A stretch of DNA of 63,728 nt, the filler included, from Kipferlia bialata (taxonomy: Eukaryota), in the NCBI GenBank assembly GCA_003568945.1. It is 7 parts of 7 records of this genome, joined end to end, with 100 filler letters (N's around TTAATTAATTAA, not from the genome) between each part and the next. Parts side by side here need not be neighbours in the genome. Positions count along the whole stretch, not along the records: positions 44,876 to 55,986 come from BDIP01001288.1; positions 56,087 to 60,354 come from BDIP01001291.1; positions 60,455 to 63,728 come from BDIP01001301.1; 4 more parts are not named here. One strand, given 5' to 3'. A model generated the notes under the pieces. It was not told where the DNA came from. It worked only from the letters and a program-made list of their open reading frames with translations, and ran no database searches. This document shows, one piece after another, positions 52,553 through 63,728 of the stretch; the stretch's first letter is position 1; the number at the start of each line of letters is the position of its first letter. Position numbers and translations under genes: made by a program.

Positions 52553-55500
52553 GTACTGCTCAAGCTCAGTCTCAAGCTCAGTCACACGTCTAGAGTGAGT
52601 ATATATAGAGAGTACACACATATATAAATACATACTATAGGGAGAGAGAAATGTATATAAATGAATCTATATAGAAGAATATACACTTCTATACACACAC
52701 CTAGCATGCTCTGTGGCTGTGGTCTCCATGACAACTCCATGTATATACATTGATAAGGTCCAAGAGATACCTGTCAACACTATATTACACAACCCCTACC
52801 TAGCATGCTCTGTGGCTGTGGTCTCCATGACAAGGGCCCTGGCCCTCTCTCTCTCAACCTGATATGAGGGTATAAAGGTATACAAGAGAAAGTGGACGTG
52901 GAAATACATGGGAACAAAACAGTAGTTGTATGAATTTATGAATACATACCTCCGCCAGTCTCTCCTTCTCAGCAGCAGCCTCTCTCTCTCTCTGTGCCAC
53001 ACTATCCCTCTTTGCAGCCTCTGCCTTCTCTCTCTCTGCCTCATCGAGAGTGGCCTGAGAGGTAAGAATACAGTCAACATATGAACCAGAGTATATTGCA
53101 ATGTATGTACTTACAAATAGAAAGGCGTACCTGCAGGCTGTCGCGGGATGCCACGGCCTCAGATAGGTACCCCTCGAGCACAGCCTTCTCTCTCTCTCCC
53201 TCAGCCAGAAGGGCCTAGGGATGAGAGATGGATCAAATAGTACTATACTTATCGGAATACTTTACTCCTACAAGGAGACCCAATTGACGGTCCATTGCCA
53301 AACAAATATATATAAATATATACATATACATATGCGTGTATCACTGAATTGAGCGTGTCTCTGTCTTCTGCGCCAGCTATGTATATACTTATACTTATAC
53401 TTTCTGTATATATACATACGTGTATATATACACATATATATACATATATCTTATAACTCACCTGCACTGAGCGTGCCTCCTCTGCCCTCTGCACCAGCTG
53501 TCCCTGGAGAGAGGCCTCTCTCTCTGCACCCTCATCTCTCTCGGCCTTGAGAGAAGCCACTGTCTCTCTCTCTGTGTCTCTCTCCTCAGCTAGACCCTTA
53601 ATATCAGCCTCCAGAGATGTAATAGCGGCAGCATACTCCTCCTGAGTAGCGGCTCTCTCTCTCTCTCTCTCTGCCTCTACCGCTGTCTTGGCCTCAGAGG
53701 CGCTCTCTCTCTCCCTCTCTAGAGTGGCCTCTCCGTCTGCAACCTGGGCCTGGATATAAGAGACCAAGGAAAGGAAGCGCAAGTAAGTACATAGTGGTAT
53801 TATCGACCAAGGGAACTATATGGACTATTGGATAATATACCTTAAGGGCTGTGAGTGTCTGTGTGTACTCTCTCTCCCTAGATGCCATCTGTGCCTCTCT
53901 CTCCTGCTCTCCCATGGCTAGGGTGGCGGTGAAGGACTCTCTCTCCCTGTCCTTGGCAGTCAGAGACTCCTGAGGTTAGGTACACTAAATAGTGTGTTGA
54001 AAACATGTTACTAATGTCCAGAGGTGATACAATGCAGATAAGAATAATAGTATACACACCTGCAGTGTCTCTATCTCTGTGCGTGTCTCTGCCAGGGATG
54101 AGGTCAGAGACTCGACGGCCTCTCTCTGCGTCTCTCTCTCCTCAGCTAGACCCTTATTGTCAGCCTGAAGAGTAGCGACAGTCTCCCTCTCCCTCTCAAC
54201 CTCTCCCTGGAGTGTAGACACTGTCTCTCTCTCACTGTCCCTCTCAGTCTCAAGAGCAGCCACAGTCTCCCTCTGCCTGTCTCTCTCTGACTCAAGGGCA
54301 GTGATGGTAGTAGCCTGGGCATCCCTCTCCTTCTCTCTCTCCTCCTCTAGAGTGGCCACCCTCTCTCTCTCCTGGTCCCTCTCTGCAAGTAGGGTAGACA
54401 CAGTCTCTCTCTCCTGGTCTCTCTCTGCAGTGAGAGCAACAACGGCCTCAGCCTGGGCATCTCTCTCAGCCTCTCTCTCCTCAGCTAGACCCTTCCTGTC
54501 AGCCTGAAGAGAGGCGACAGTCTCTCTCTCCCTCTCAACCTCTCCCTGGAGGGTAGACACCATCTCTCTCTCATGGTCTCTCTCTCCCTCCAGAGCGGCC
54601 ACTGTCTCTCTCTCCCTGTTGACCTCTGTCTGAAGGGAGGTGGCCCTCTCCCTCTCTGCCTCCACCTCTCCCTCCAGAGCAGTGAGGCGCAGGGTGTCCT
54701 TCTCTCTCTCTCCCTCCAGTGTAGAGAGGGCCTCTCTCTCCCTCTCAATCTGGCCCTGAAGGTCGGTGACAGTCTCTCTCTGGGCGTCTCTCTCTCCCTC
54801 GAGTGTGGACACAGCTTCTCTCTCTCTCTCCCTCTCGGCCTCCAGAGCAGCCACCCTCTCGGTAACCTGGTCTCTCTCGGCCTCTAGGGCTGAAACACGC
54901 ACCTGGGGGTTAGGATATATATATATACGTGGGTGTCTACACTCTGGTTCCACTGCATATATATGACCCAAAGCATTATGCAGAGAGAAAGAATGTTAAA
55001 CGTACAGTTGCGAGGTTTGCTGTCTCCAGAGCTGCCTCGAGGGAAGAGACAGCGTCCTGGGCGTCTCTGACCTAAGGGTTAGAATGCGTTCTAAGAATAT
55101 ATACAACACAGATAATATTTTAGACACAAGGAGAAACATTAATAGTAATCACCTGCTTCTCCAGCCTCTCAATCTGCTTGGCGCTCTCATCTCTCTGGGC
55201 ATCAGAGGCACTGGCCTGGGGTGAGAAGAATAGTAGTAATGAATGATACGGAGAGATGATAAACACTCAATGTGTATGATATACTATGAGGATACCATAG
55301 CGGGACATACCTGTCCCTTGAGAGTTGCAATCTCAGAGGTGGCAGCAGAGCAGGACTCAACTGACTCCTACGGGTAAGAGAGAGAGAGAGAGAAAGCGCA
55401 TATATACAAATATATGCAGATTATAGAGAGAGAGCCTGACTCAGACTTAGACAGAGAGTGGGAGAGAGGGGTAGGGAGAGAGAGAGAGAGAGAGAGGGAG

Positions 55501-55892
55501 AGATACTATACAAACCTGAAGCTTGGCCTCAAGGGCTGCCACACGCTCCCTTGCCTCCTCGCTCTCTCTCTCTCTCTCCTCCTGTGAGAGGGAGAGAGAG
55601 CTCTTGAGAGAGGTCAGCTCAGCAATGGCAGCCTCCCTCTCAGCCTGGGCAGCCTGATGGTAAAAACAGGAGTCAATACTATTACTATAATAGAAACTGG
55701 CTTACTACTCTCCTCTATATCAAAATAGTGAATATCACCTTGAGGTCTGTGGTGTGTGTATGTATACATTATGTATAGAAGCGGTGCGCTGCATATATGA
55801 GAATAATAGATCCAACACATACTATATATACAGTACATATTACCTTGAGGTCTGTGACGTGCTGGGCCTCAGTCTCCTTGGCAGTCTGGGCC
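46007..55892 (-). CDS. Very long E/R/A/L-rich coiled-coil protein with a C-terminal transmembrane tail anchor (golgin-like architecture), 5'-partial
   Basis: Large heptad exons (54058-54903, 53460-53743, 51485-51861) repeat units such as ETVAALEGERDxERE. The last exon is GVALGSLVGLLLIIFKMLLM* (TGA at 46007-46009). Confidence 0.75.
49722..50825 (-). repeat. Array of about 11 diverged ~45-50 bp copies of an exon 3' end plus GT donor (encodes LYANETVSDSDSESV), with AT-rich spacers
   Basis: Plus-strand unit (T)ACCTACTGACTCTGAGTCTGAGTCTGACACAGTCTCATTGGCATAGAG at about 49794, 49886, 49985, 50096, 50215, 50327, 50433, 50550 and 50776, with partial copies at about 49722 and 50665. Confidence 0.9.
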
Positions 55893-55986
55893 TGGTGGTA
55901 AAGGGGGTAGAGAGAGAGACTAAGAGAGAGAGACATGAACAGAGAGAGGGGGGGGGGGGAGAGAGAGAGAGAGACGAGAGAAAGAC

Positions 55987-56086
55987 NNNNNNNNNNNNNN
56001 NNNNNNNNNNNNNNNNNNNNNNNNNNNNNNTTAATTAATTAANNNNNNNNNNNNNNNNNNNNNNNNNNNNNNNNNNNNNNNNNNNN
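55987..56086. other. Artificial contig linker
   Basis: N44-TTAATTAATTAA-N44. Confidence 0.98.
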
Positions 56087-56236
56087 TGTATGTGCAATTC
56101 ATAATGAAAGTGTATACATATCATGCTTGTATATCCCCCCCCCCCCCCCCTTCTGGCATTCCTAAATACAAGGAGACATGTCAGACTATGAAGATGAAGG
56201 GTATTACTCAACACAGTCAGAACAAGAACGAGATCA

Positions 56237-56533
56237 TTGTTTCATTATGTTCTTACAAATCATACTCCTACTGCAGATGGGTATACACAAATATGGGGAG
56301 CAAGAGAGAGAATCGATAGCGTGGTACTAAAATACACTAAGCATGTCTGTCCCTCAACTTGCCTGAAATGTGGAAGCTCCCATGTCCGAACCTACGTGTG
56401 TTTCCGAAAGGCGTGTCCACCTGTGTCAGCATGTATCATTGATATTGTATCAAGCGCATCTGAACACAACCACCTTACCCTTGCAACCACCAGTTCCCTA
56501 GTGTCTCCCGTATCATTAAAACTCAGCGCATAG
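56237..56533 (+). other. ORF with a WRKY/FAR1/FLYWCH-like C..C..HNH zinc-finger signature; possible transcription factor or Mutator-type transposase relic
   Basis: HVRTYVCFRKACPPVSACIIDIVSSASEHNH. No introns and fewer microsatellites than neighbouring DNA. Confidence 0.3.
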
Positions 56534-57423
56534 AGACTCGAGTACGTACTGGACCCCAAACAGGTGGCAAGAAAGGCAAGGCTGGGGTGGGGGTTGAGAC
56601 CAGAGATAATAACAGTTCCAGTCATTGGATGAGAGAGGGGGGGTTACAACCTAAAGCCAAATATTCTGTTTGGAAGACTATTGATATGATCCATCCTCAA
56701 TCTACACTCAAGAGAGATAGAGAGACTCACTCTGGTCCTGCAGAGATCAGCCGTATGTCACTGTCAGGTCCATGCCCTTCGAAGGTGTCTCCTGTGCACT
56801 GAATCTCTTCAACAGAGAACATGTGTGGTTTCCAGGGTAATAGCTGATGCAGCCTATGTGGAACACCTGAGTAGATGACTAGAGTGTCTGGTCATCGCGT
56901 CTACGGCAAGTTCGATGATTAAAAATATAGGGTGTAGTGGAAGAAACTCGTCCAGACCCCCTTGGGAGTTCCATTATTTCTAATCATGTAAGTGAGGTCT
57001 ATGTGTTTCACTTCACTGTCCATCAATACTAAGGGCATTGGGCTTGGTCACCAAGATATGCACCAAGACCGTCTTGGTGATGCGTTAACATTCTCTCGAT
57101 GCTCCAACAAGGAATGAGCCATGGACTCTTCTACACGATCGTGGTACACTATCCCCTTAGTAGGACACAGTAACACTATAATTGGCTTCCTAGTCCACTC
57201 TGGAGCTCAGGGAATATGTCAAGAACTCTTGAGTCAAGACTGAAGAGTGTATTCCTGTGACATTGTCACATGACAAACTGTAGACTTGTCAATAACATGT
57301 CACCTTAGATACTGTTGACCTCTGTACAGCTGTAGACGGCGACCACCAGAGCCAGTGCACGTCTCCCTACAATCTTGACCCGAAGAGCTAGACTTGGCCT
57401 CACTCTCTCTATACTGATAGAGC

Positions 57424-58357
57424 ATGCCCCATCACCTTCCTGCCCGGGACACTGATACCCGACAGGATGTGGGTGTCCCTCTCAGGCATGGGCTGTGTGC
57501 CATGTCAAGAGCAAAGGGGTCAGCTGTGGTGGATATATCAGGCACCGACATGCCTGTCAAGAGTGCTGAGGAGTTGATGCTGACCATTGGGCAAAACAAC
57601 GAGGATCCCAGTAGTCCATGTGTTCTGACGACAAGACTACAGTCTTCTGACCCTGTACTATCACAGAGTGTGACACACACAACTTTAGAGTGTCCCATTC
57701 CTCCCCGCATTCAGTACGCATCTGCTGCAAGGCTACGGGAATACGTGTATGTGTTTGGGGGTCGTGTGCGGTCTACCAACCTAGACTCCATGTACGCAAT
57801 GCACACTCGTACACAGACCTGGAGAAGGATTCCCAAGAGGGGTCTCTGGCCATGTCCAAGGTAAAAGTAGTATACATGTATTGTGGTGAACCATCCAGCA
57901 CCTCCTACTCAGTTACTTGTCACACCTCGCTCTATCCCCACCCTCAACCACCAGGTACGGCCACTGCTGCTTCACCCTGGGAAAGAGAGTGTACATGGCT
58001 GGGGGGTACAATGTGGACTATCTCTCCAAGTGCTGGTGTTACGACCCTGGTCTCAGGGGGTACTGGATCCGGTTTGGCGATGCCCCAAAGGGCTTCTGCC
58101 ATGCCACATCTGTAGTAGTCGGTGACAAGGCCCACATAATGGGTGGGTTTGGCACAGAGACCATGCATGTCACGTTCAGTGCTAGAGATGGGTGGCAGAC
58201 AGAGGGGTTGCTGCCATTCTGTGTGTATGGGGCAGTGGCTGAGACTCGGGGGGTAGAGGTGTGTGTGTATGGAGGTACATGCCATGAGGGGCAGGTTCAT
58301 GTGTATGACACTGAGAGAAGAGAGTGGAGAGAGACACACAACCCTACACACAGCTGA
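57424..58357 (+). CDS. Kelch-repeat protein, two exons (intron about 57861-57954)
   Basis: PPRIQYASAARLREYVYVFGG, TQTWRRIPKRGLWPCPR|YGHCCFTLGKRVYMAGG, CYDP...YWIRFGDAP, VVVGDKAHIMGG, VYDTERREWRE. Confidence 0.88.
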
Positions 58358-58593
58358 ATTAAAGTAAGTTGGTGTGTTTACATACCAATCACAAGAGATA
58401 TTACTCTCATATCGCTGAGAGTGATCCTTTCACAACAGTTCTATTGTAAACGCCACAAAATGGATACACAATTATGATAGTGCCTTCTGGCGATGACTCA
58501 ATGCACAAGTATAATGCGGAACGCACATAGACTGTCCTGTGTGTCCCTGTGTGTTCTATGTGGAAGAATGTATACTCAGACCCCCACCCTCCC

Positions 58594-60239
58594 TCACAGC
58601 CACTCTCTGTCGACCTGTGGCACTGCGAGGACCACTTCCTTCAACTTCTTGGCATCCCGTATCTGCACCCCCTTCCCATGCTCTGTCATGCAAGACGTGT
58701 ACACACACCCCTCCCTGGGTCCAAAGACGTCTCTGTACCCCTTGGCATAGACACTGTCCTCAACCCATCCCCTTGTCTCTGTCTCAGGGAATATCTCTGC
58801 TGAAGGTGAGACACACACTACGCAAGAGTAACAAGTGAGGGCTCCTACTCAACACCAAAGAGAGAACTGAACACTAACCTTTCAGCGTGTCGTACGACGT
58901 GTTTCTGATGGTAGTGCCTATCACGTACTGTCCCACCACCACCCCTTCCTTAGGCAGGGTGTGTATGGGCTCGTCGCTGTCCTTGTGCAGCTGCCACACT
59001 CCTCCATCCCCTGCGGCTGAGGGCCTGTACGTCATCATGCTCTGGCACTGACCCAGCCAGAGGGTGTCGCCAGAGACAAAGCTCTCCACAAGTACCCACT
59101 CCCCACTAAGGTAGTGGGAGCAATCAGGCAAGGCCCCCCAGGTCATGGGCATTGTGTCTGTGGGGATACAAGACCAATAGGCAGACTCTATCTCATAGCG
59201 CCAGAACTGGAAGGTGGGGCGTAACTGGGGTCTCCCGCTATCTGGATATGTCGACCCATCAGGCATATACTCACTGTGGTATGCAAGTACGTAGAGGTCG
59301 CCGCAGAGAGCAAGTAGTTTGTGAGCCCTGGGGGCCGTTGGGTTATCGACCACCTTGGGGTTGGCATGGAAGACAGCGGCAAGGGCCTCTGGCAATTTCC
59401 TGACGGGTAAGGTATTGGCACTCTAAGGAATGTATGGGATTGTGTGGTAAGAAGACTACTTGTCACAAACCCGAGTGAGCGCCACTGGCGAGGGGTTGCT
59501 GCACAGTCTAAGACAAAGAGGCCCTTGGCCACCAGGTGATAGAGGTCAGTGCCCACCAGCTAGGCATGAGAGAGGGGGGGAGTGTATATATGCGACCCCT
59601 ACTGCATCTATCTGCCCAATTGGTAGTGGGCAGACTATACACTTATGTAAGATATCACCAGATACCTGGAAGTGACTTGGGTTCTCCCAGCGTCCGCGTG
59701 GCATGGGGTATGGAAGGTCTATCTCCTCAATGGTGCAGGGGGGATACTCCACATGCTCTCCATGCACAGTGTCCTGGGGTGAGGGCAGTCTCTCTCTCTC
59801 TCTCTATGACTAGTGAGTAGTCCAGTACTAGAAATACTGCCACTAACCTCTGTATTGGGCAGTGTGATGACACAACATGTGTTGGGGCACCCCTTGCCGT
59901 GGTAGCAGCACAGCAGCTCGGAGGGGGAGAGGTATGCTAGACACGTCCAATCATAGTTACGCACTGGCACTGGGAGAGAGAAGCGCTTGTACTGGATGGG
60001 CTTGGCAGCCTGAGGGTGGGAGGGGGGGGGGGGGCGATGGTCTAGTAGTTGGGTACGATTGGAATTGGACGCAATTCAGACAGTTTAGTCACCCTTCCAC
60101 TGACCATAACATCACACCGGTGCTCCCCAGTGGGCTTGGTGAGTCTCCACCCTGCTGGCTTCTGGGCTATGCCAACTCGGCAGTCACAGTCATCAGACAC
60201 ACCGTTGGTGATACACTGGATTGCATTCTTGACCATCAC
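58594..60239 (-). CDS. Divergent kelch-like beta-propeller protein, multi-exon
   Basis: LVGTDLYHL...RQWRSLG, LALCGDLYVL, FWRYEIESAYWSCI, FVSGDTLWL, VVVGQYVIG...YDTLK. Last exon ends VDREWL*. Confidence 0.55.
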
Positions 60240-60354
60240 TGAACATCAGCGGAGAGAGAGAGAGAGAGAGGAGGCATACAAAGTGAAAGGGAAGGTGTGG
60301 GGGGAATGGGGGAGGGGGGGGGGGGGGGGGCTATACTGCCACAAAAAAAAAAAA

Positions 60355-60454
60355 NNNNNNNNNNNNNNNNNNNNNNNNNNNNNNNNNNNNNNNNNNNNTT
60401 AATTAATTAANNNNNNNNNNNNNNNNNNNNNNNNNNNNNNNNNNNNNNNNNNNN
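60355..60454. other. Artificial contig linker
   Basis: N44-TTAATTAATTAA-N44. Confidence 0.98.
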
Positions 60455-60733
60455 TTTTTTGTTATAAGTGTGTCCCCCCCCCCCCCCCCCCCCCTTCCCT
60501 CTCTCTGGACTTGTATTCTACATATATGAAGCTCCAGGTGCACTGGCCTGACTGCCTAACAGGAGATTCTCACTCTCTCGCCCTATATACATATTACCTC
60601 TAGGTGCCTTAGTGCCTCCTGGGAGTGTTCATTCCCCCACACCCTCTCTCTCTCTCTTATCTGTCATGTGTCCTGGGAGGTTGTCTCTCTCTCTCTCTCT
60701 CTCCCCATCTCTCTCTATACCTTACCTATTAGG

Positions 60734-62202
60734 TGCACTCAGTGCCTCCTGGGGGGTTGTATACACAACACGTAGTGGGGAGTACTTTGAGTATGTCATC
60801 GACAGGACCGATAGTCTTGTATGTATACACACAGTTTGCGAGCATTACCCTGAGAAGTCTCTCTTTCTCTCAAGAAATGTCACCATATATCCTATCTCAA
60901 CCAGTCCCAGATCTCTCTCTCTCTCTCCCCACATATATACCTACCTTCAGATATATATATATATATATGTATGTATATATACTATTGGTATGTCTCACTC
61001 AGCGACATGGGCCAGATCCTGTGTTGTCTGTCTCTCTCTCCCTCGTGTGTATAGCATCAAGGTAGTATACCTCACCCTAACGACAGGTGCCAGATTCAGA
61101 GGTTCTTCTCTCCCTCCCCCTCTCTCTCTATTTACTCTCTATATATCTCACCCCCAGCGACATGTGCCAGATCCAGGGCTGCTACGACAGTGCCAACCTC
61201 AGAGTCACACCTGATTATGACAGGTATATCGAATATGTATATATCTGTATATATACTTTAACATCTGTATGAATATATACTTATTAAGTTGGGAATGAAA
61301 GATAGTATATATGCAATTAGTACTATGACAGTGCCACGCTGAGAGTCACACCTGATTTTGACAGGTATGACTTAGCGTTATATATATACATATATACATA
61401 TATATACATATGTATATACTCCCGAATATATGTATATACGTGTTATGTGAATACTTATTATACTATGTGTACAGTGCCACTGACTTCGACAGGTAGAGTA
61501 TATAGAAATTCGAGTATATAGTGTATGTGTATAGTATACAGGAATATATATAATACGTGTAGGTATATAATACTCCTTGTGAGTGACAGTACCACCCTCA
61601 GAGTGACACCGGACTATGGCAAGTAGAGTATATAGTGTATATACACAAATATATATATATATATATGTGTATGACAGGGATATTAGATAGTTGTCAGTAT
61701 GAGCTTCCTCCCTCCATTACCCTCAGTGTGTGTGTCACCTTCACCCCTGCCCCCCTCCCGTATATATATATCTAATATACTGACCTAGGGGTTCGCCTAA
61801 CCTTCACCCCCGATGCCGCTGTGGACAGTGCCCTCACAGCAGACTATGTGTTTGAGGCATCAGGATACAAGGGTAAGGATATTGAATACGTTTGGGAAAG
61901 TCTCTCTCTCTCTCTCTCTATCTACACCCTCATTACCTAGCAATGCCTCTGCTATCTTAGTGTTTTCTCTCTCTCTCTTTCTTGCTCTCTCTCTGCACCC
62001 TTATTGTCAGGCAATGCCTCTGCTGCCATGGTGCAGTACCTGGCTGGTACCCTGGACTACTCAATCGAGGTACGCAGAATATATATAATATTGAATATAT
62101 ATATAGTATTGAATATATATATAATATTGAATATGTATATGTAGGTACGCAGAATATGTAGAGGTCCTGTCATGAGTATACATATATAGATATACAGTGT
62201 AT

Positions 62203-62249
<47 letters not shown>

Positions 62250-63480
62250 CTTGAGGTACCCAGAATATATATAATGATGTATATACAAAGTAGAATGTAT
62301 ATAATTTATATGTAGAGGTACGCAGAATGTATGTAATATAGAATATATATTTATTATAGAAGATATATGTAATATTGAGTATATATAATATATATGTAGA
62401 GGTCCTGTCATAAGTATACATATATAGATATACAGTAAATTCACTATATATGTATATATATATATATATGTGTGTGTGGTATATATGGTATTGTGGTATG
62501 TCATGTATCGTAGTGTCTTACTGATTACTTCCCTGCTAATATATATATCATTTATATACACTCACTCTATCTCATCTATCAGGTTGACTCTCTATGTCCA
62601 GTCATTTCGTGTATATGTATATGTATATACACATATATATATGTATTGGTATATATATATATATATATTATTATTATCTCATATATTTATGTCTATTTCT
62701 CATCTATCAGGTCGACATGCCCTTTGTGTCCAGCCCAGCCAAACCATTCGGACTCAGAGAGAGTGTATATTGAATGATCACTACAAATAAGTAATTACAG
62801 GCTCAATGTGGGTCATACTCTATATGTATTGCAATTGTATTCCCACACCCAAACTTGAACTCGGCATTGGGTATATTGAACCTATGGTATATAGTAGATG
62901 TACATATTTGTTCTCATTACCCTCTTCTCACCCGTCAGGTCCTCATATTTACTCTCTCACTTCGTCTCATGTATCAGGTGTGTGTCCAGCTGTATTCCTG
63001 CTAGCCCTGGGTCAAGGTTGTGAATACTTTATGCCAGGTAGGACATAGGCCATGTACTATGTATATATACACGATATACACGATATGGTATACTCCCTGT
63101 CAGGTATCAGAGTATCAGAGAGTATGTCTATGTATACTTTCACCTAATATTACCTTCTAGATTTCCTAATAGTATATGGGGTGGTATATTCTCCATGCTA
63201 TGTACAGATATGTATGTATATATATTTTTCATTACATATATATATATATGTGTGTGTGTGTGTCTACCTGGTGAGCAGTTCACGGCTGGCGGTCACACAC
63301 ACACACACGCTCTATACCCCTTATAGACGGTGCCTTAACTATTCTGATTGCTGCTGCTCTGAGGCTGAGCTTCTCTCTCTCTCTCGCTACACTCCTTATT
63401 CCAGGTGCATTTGTCATCTTAGCTACTGCTTTCCTGAGGCTGAGCTACTTCAACGTGTTCGGAGTCGGAGGAAGGCGTAG
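60734..63480 (+). CDS. Fragment of a multi-exon gene of unknown function
   Basis: Spliceable exons SDMCQIQGCYDSANLRVTPDYDR / VRLTFTPDAAVDSALTADYVFEASGYK / GNASAAMVQYLAGTLDYSIE between TA-rich introns. Confidence 0.45.
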
Positions 63481-63728
63481 GTATAGAATGTGTCAATAAC
63501 TCTCTCCTAGTACCCTACACTAGTTCTTTCCACCGTCTCTCACTTTACACCCTCACTTTTGGGTATTGAGGCCTGCCTATGGACAACAATATCCTGCTGC
63601 TGTCTCTGGTCTACATAGCCAGACGTTACTGAACTCTCGGGGTATTGTCTTTGGTATGTCTGTGATTATACCGTCAGGCGTCTTCCCCTCTAATCATATA
63701 TGTATCGATATCCATAGATATAGTGTGA

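Noticed and set aside
11125..60454. TTAATTAATTAA motif as a biological element, or gene neighbourhood across it
   Set aside because: It is always embedded in N44 flanks, and the first contigs are size-ordered at about 11.1 kb. It is an assembly concatenation linker, so adjacency across it is meaningless.
1..63728. Hexamitid-type genetic code (TAA/TAG = Gln)
   Set aside because: Well-supported genes end at TAA (HSPA12-like, kelch at 2776), TAG (LRR, FG-GAP) and TGA, and the long exons contain no in-frame TAA/TAG.
22446..63728. Numerous short YI/LS/ER/CV-rich ORFs in the ORF track
   Set aside because: They are translations of intronic (TA)n, (CT)n, (GA)n and (GT)n microsatellites.
1..63728. 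tRNA, rRNA or intact transposon genes
   Set aside because: None was recognisable by eye. A tRNAscan-SE/Infernal/RepeatModeler run would be needed to exclude them.

Overview
This is not a prokaryotic window. It is an intron-rich, microsatellite-laden unicellular eukaryote assembly made of seven unrelated contigs joined by artificial 100-nt N/TTAATTAATTAA linkers (contigs 1-11124, 11225-22345, 22446-33562, 33663-44775, 44876-55986, 56087-60354, 60455-63728). Several style features suggest the free-living fornicate Kipferlia bialata or a relative (inference, not searched): GT-AG introns with a CTRAC/CTCAC branch point fused to the acceptor, (TA)n/(GA)n-filled introns, ER-dipeptide-rich proteins and many divergent kelch genes. 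Recognisable genes, spliced by eye: a repeated Cys/His zinc-finger protein, about six kelch-like genes or fragments, two FG-GAP beta-propeller proteins, a membrane-anchored protein with phage-tail-fibre-like repeats, a degenerate Rab-like GTPase, a Cid1/TUTase-type nucleotidyltransferase, a PPP1R42-like LRR protein, an HSPA12-like Hsp70, an MFS transporter and a very long tail-anchored coiled-coil protein. The most striking unexplained structure is a set of pervasive 'splice-junction echoes'. Introns in most multi-exon genes carry 1-10 diverged copies of the adjacent exon end plus its splice site, separated by unique AT-rich spacers, up to an ~11-copy CRISPR-like array at 49.7-50.8 kb. A second recurring signal is chains of overlapping odd palindromes with centres 7 nt apart in non-coding DNA. 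Exon boundaries and gene ends are approximate and no database searches were run.
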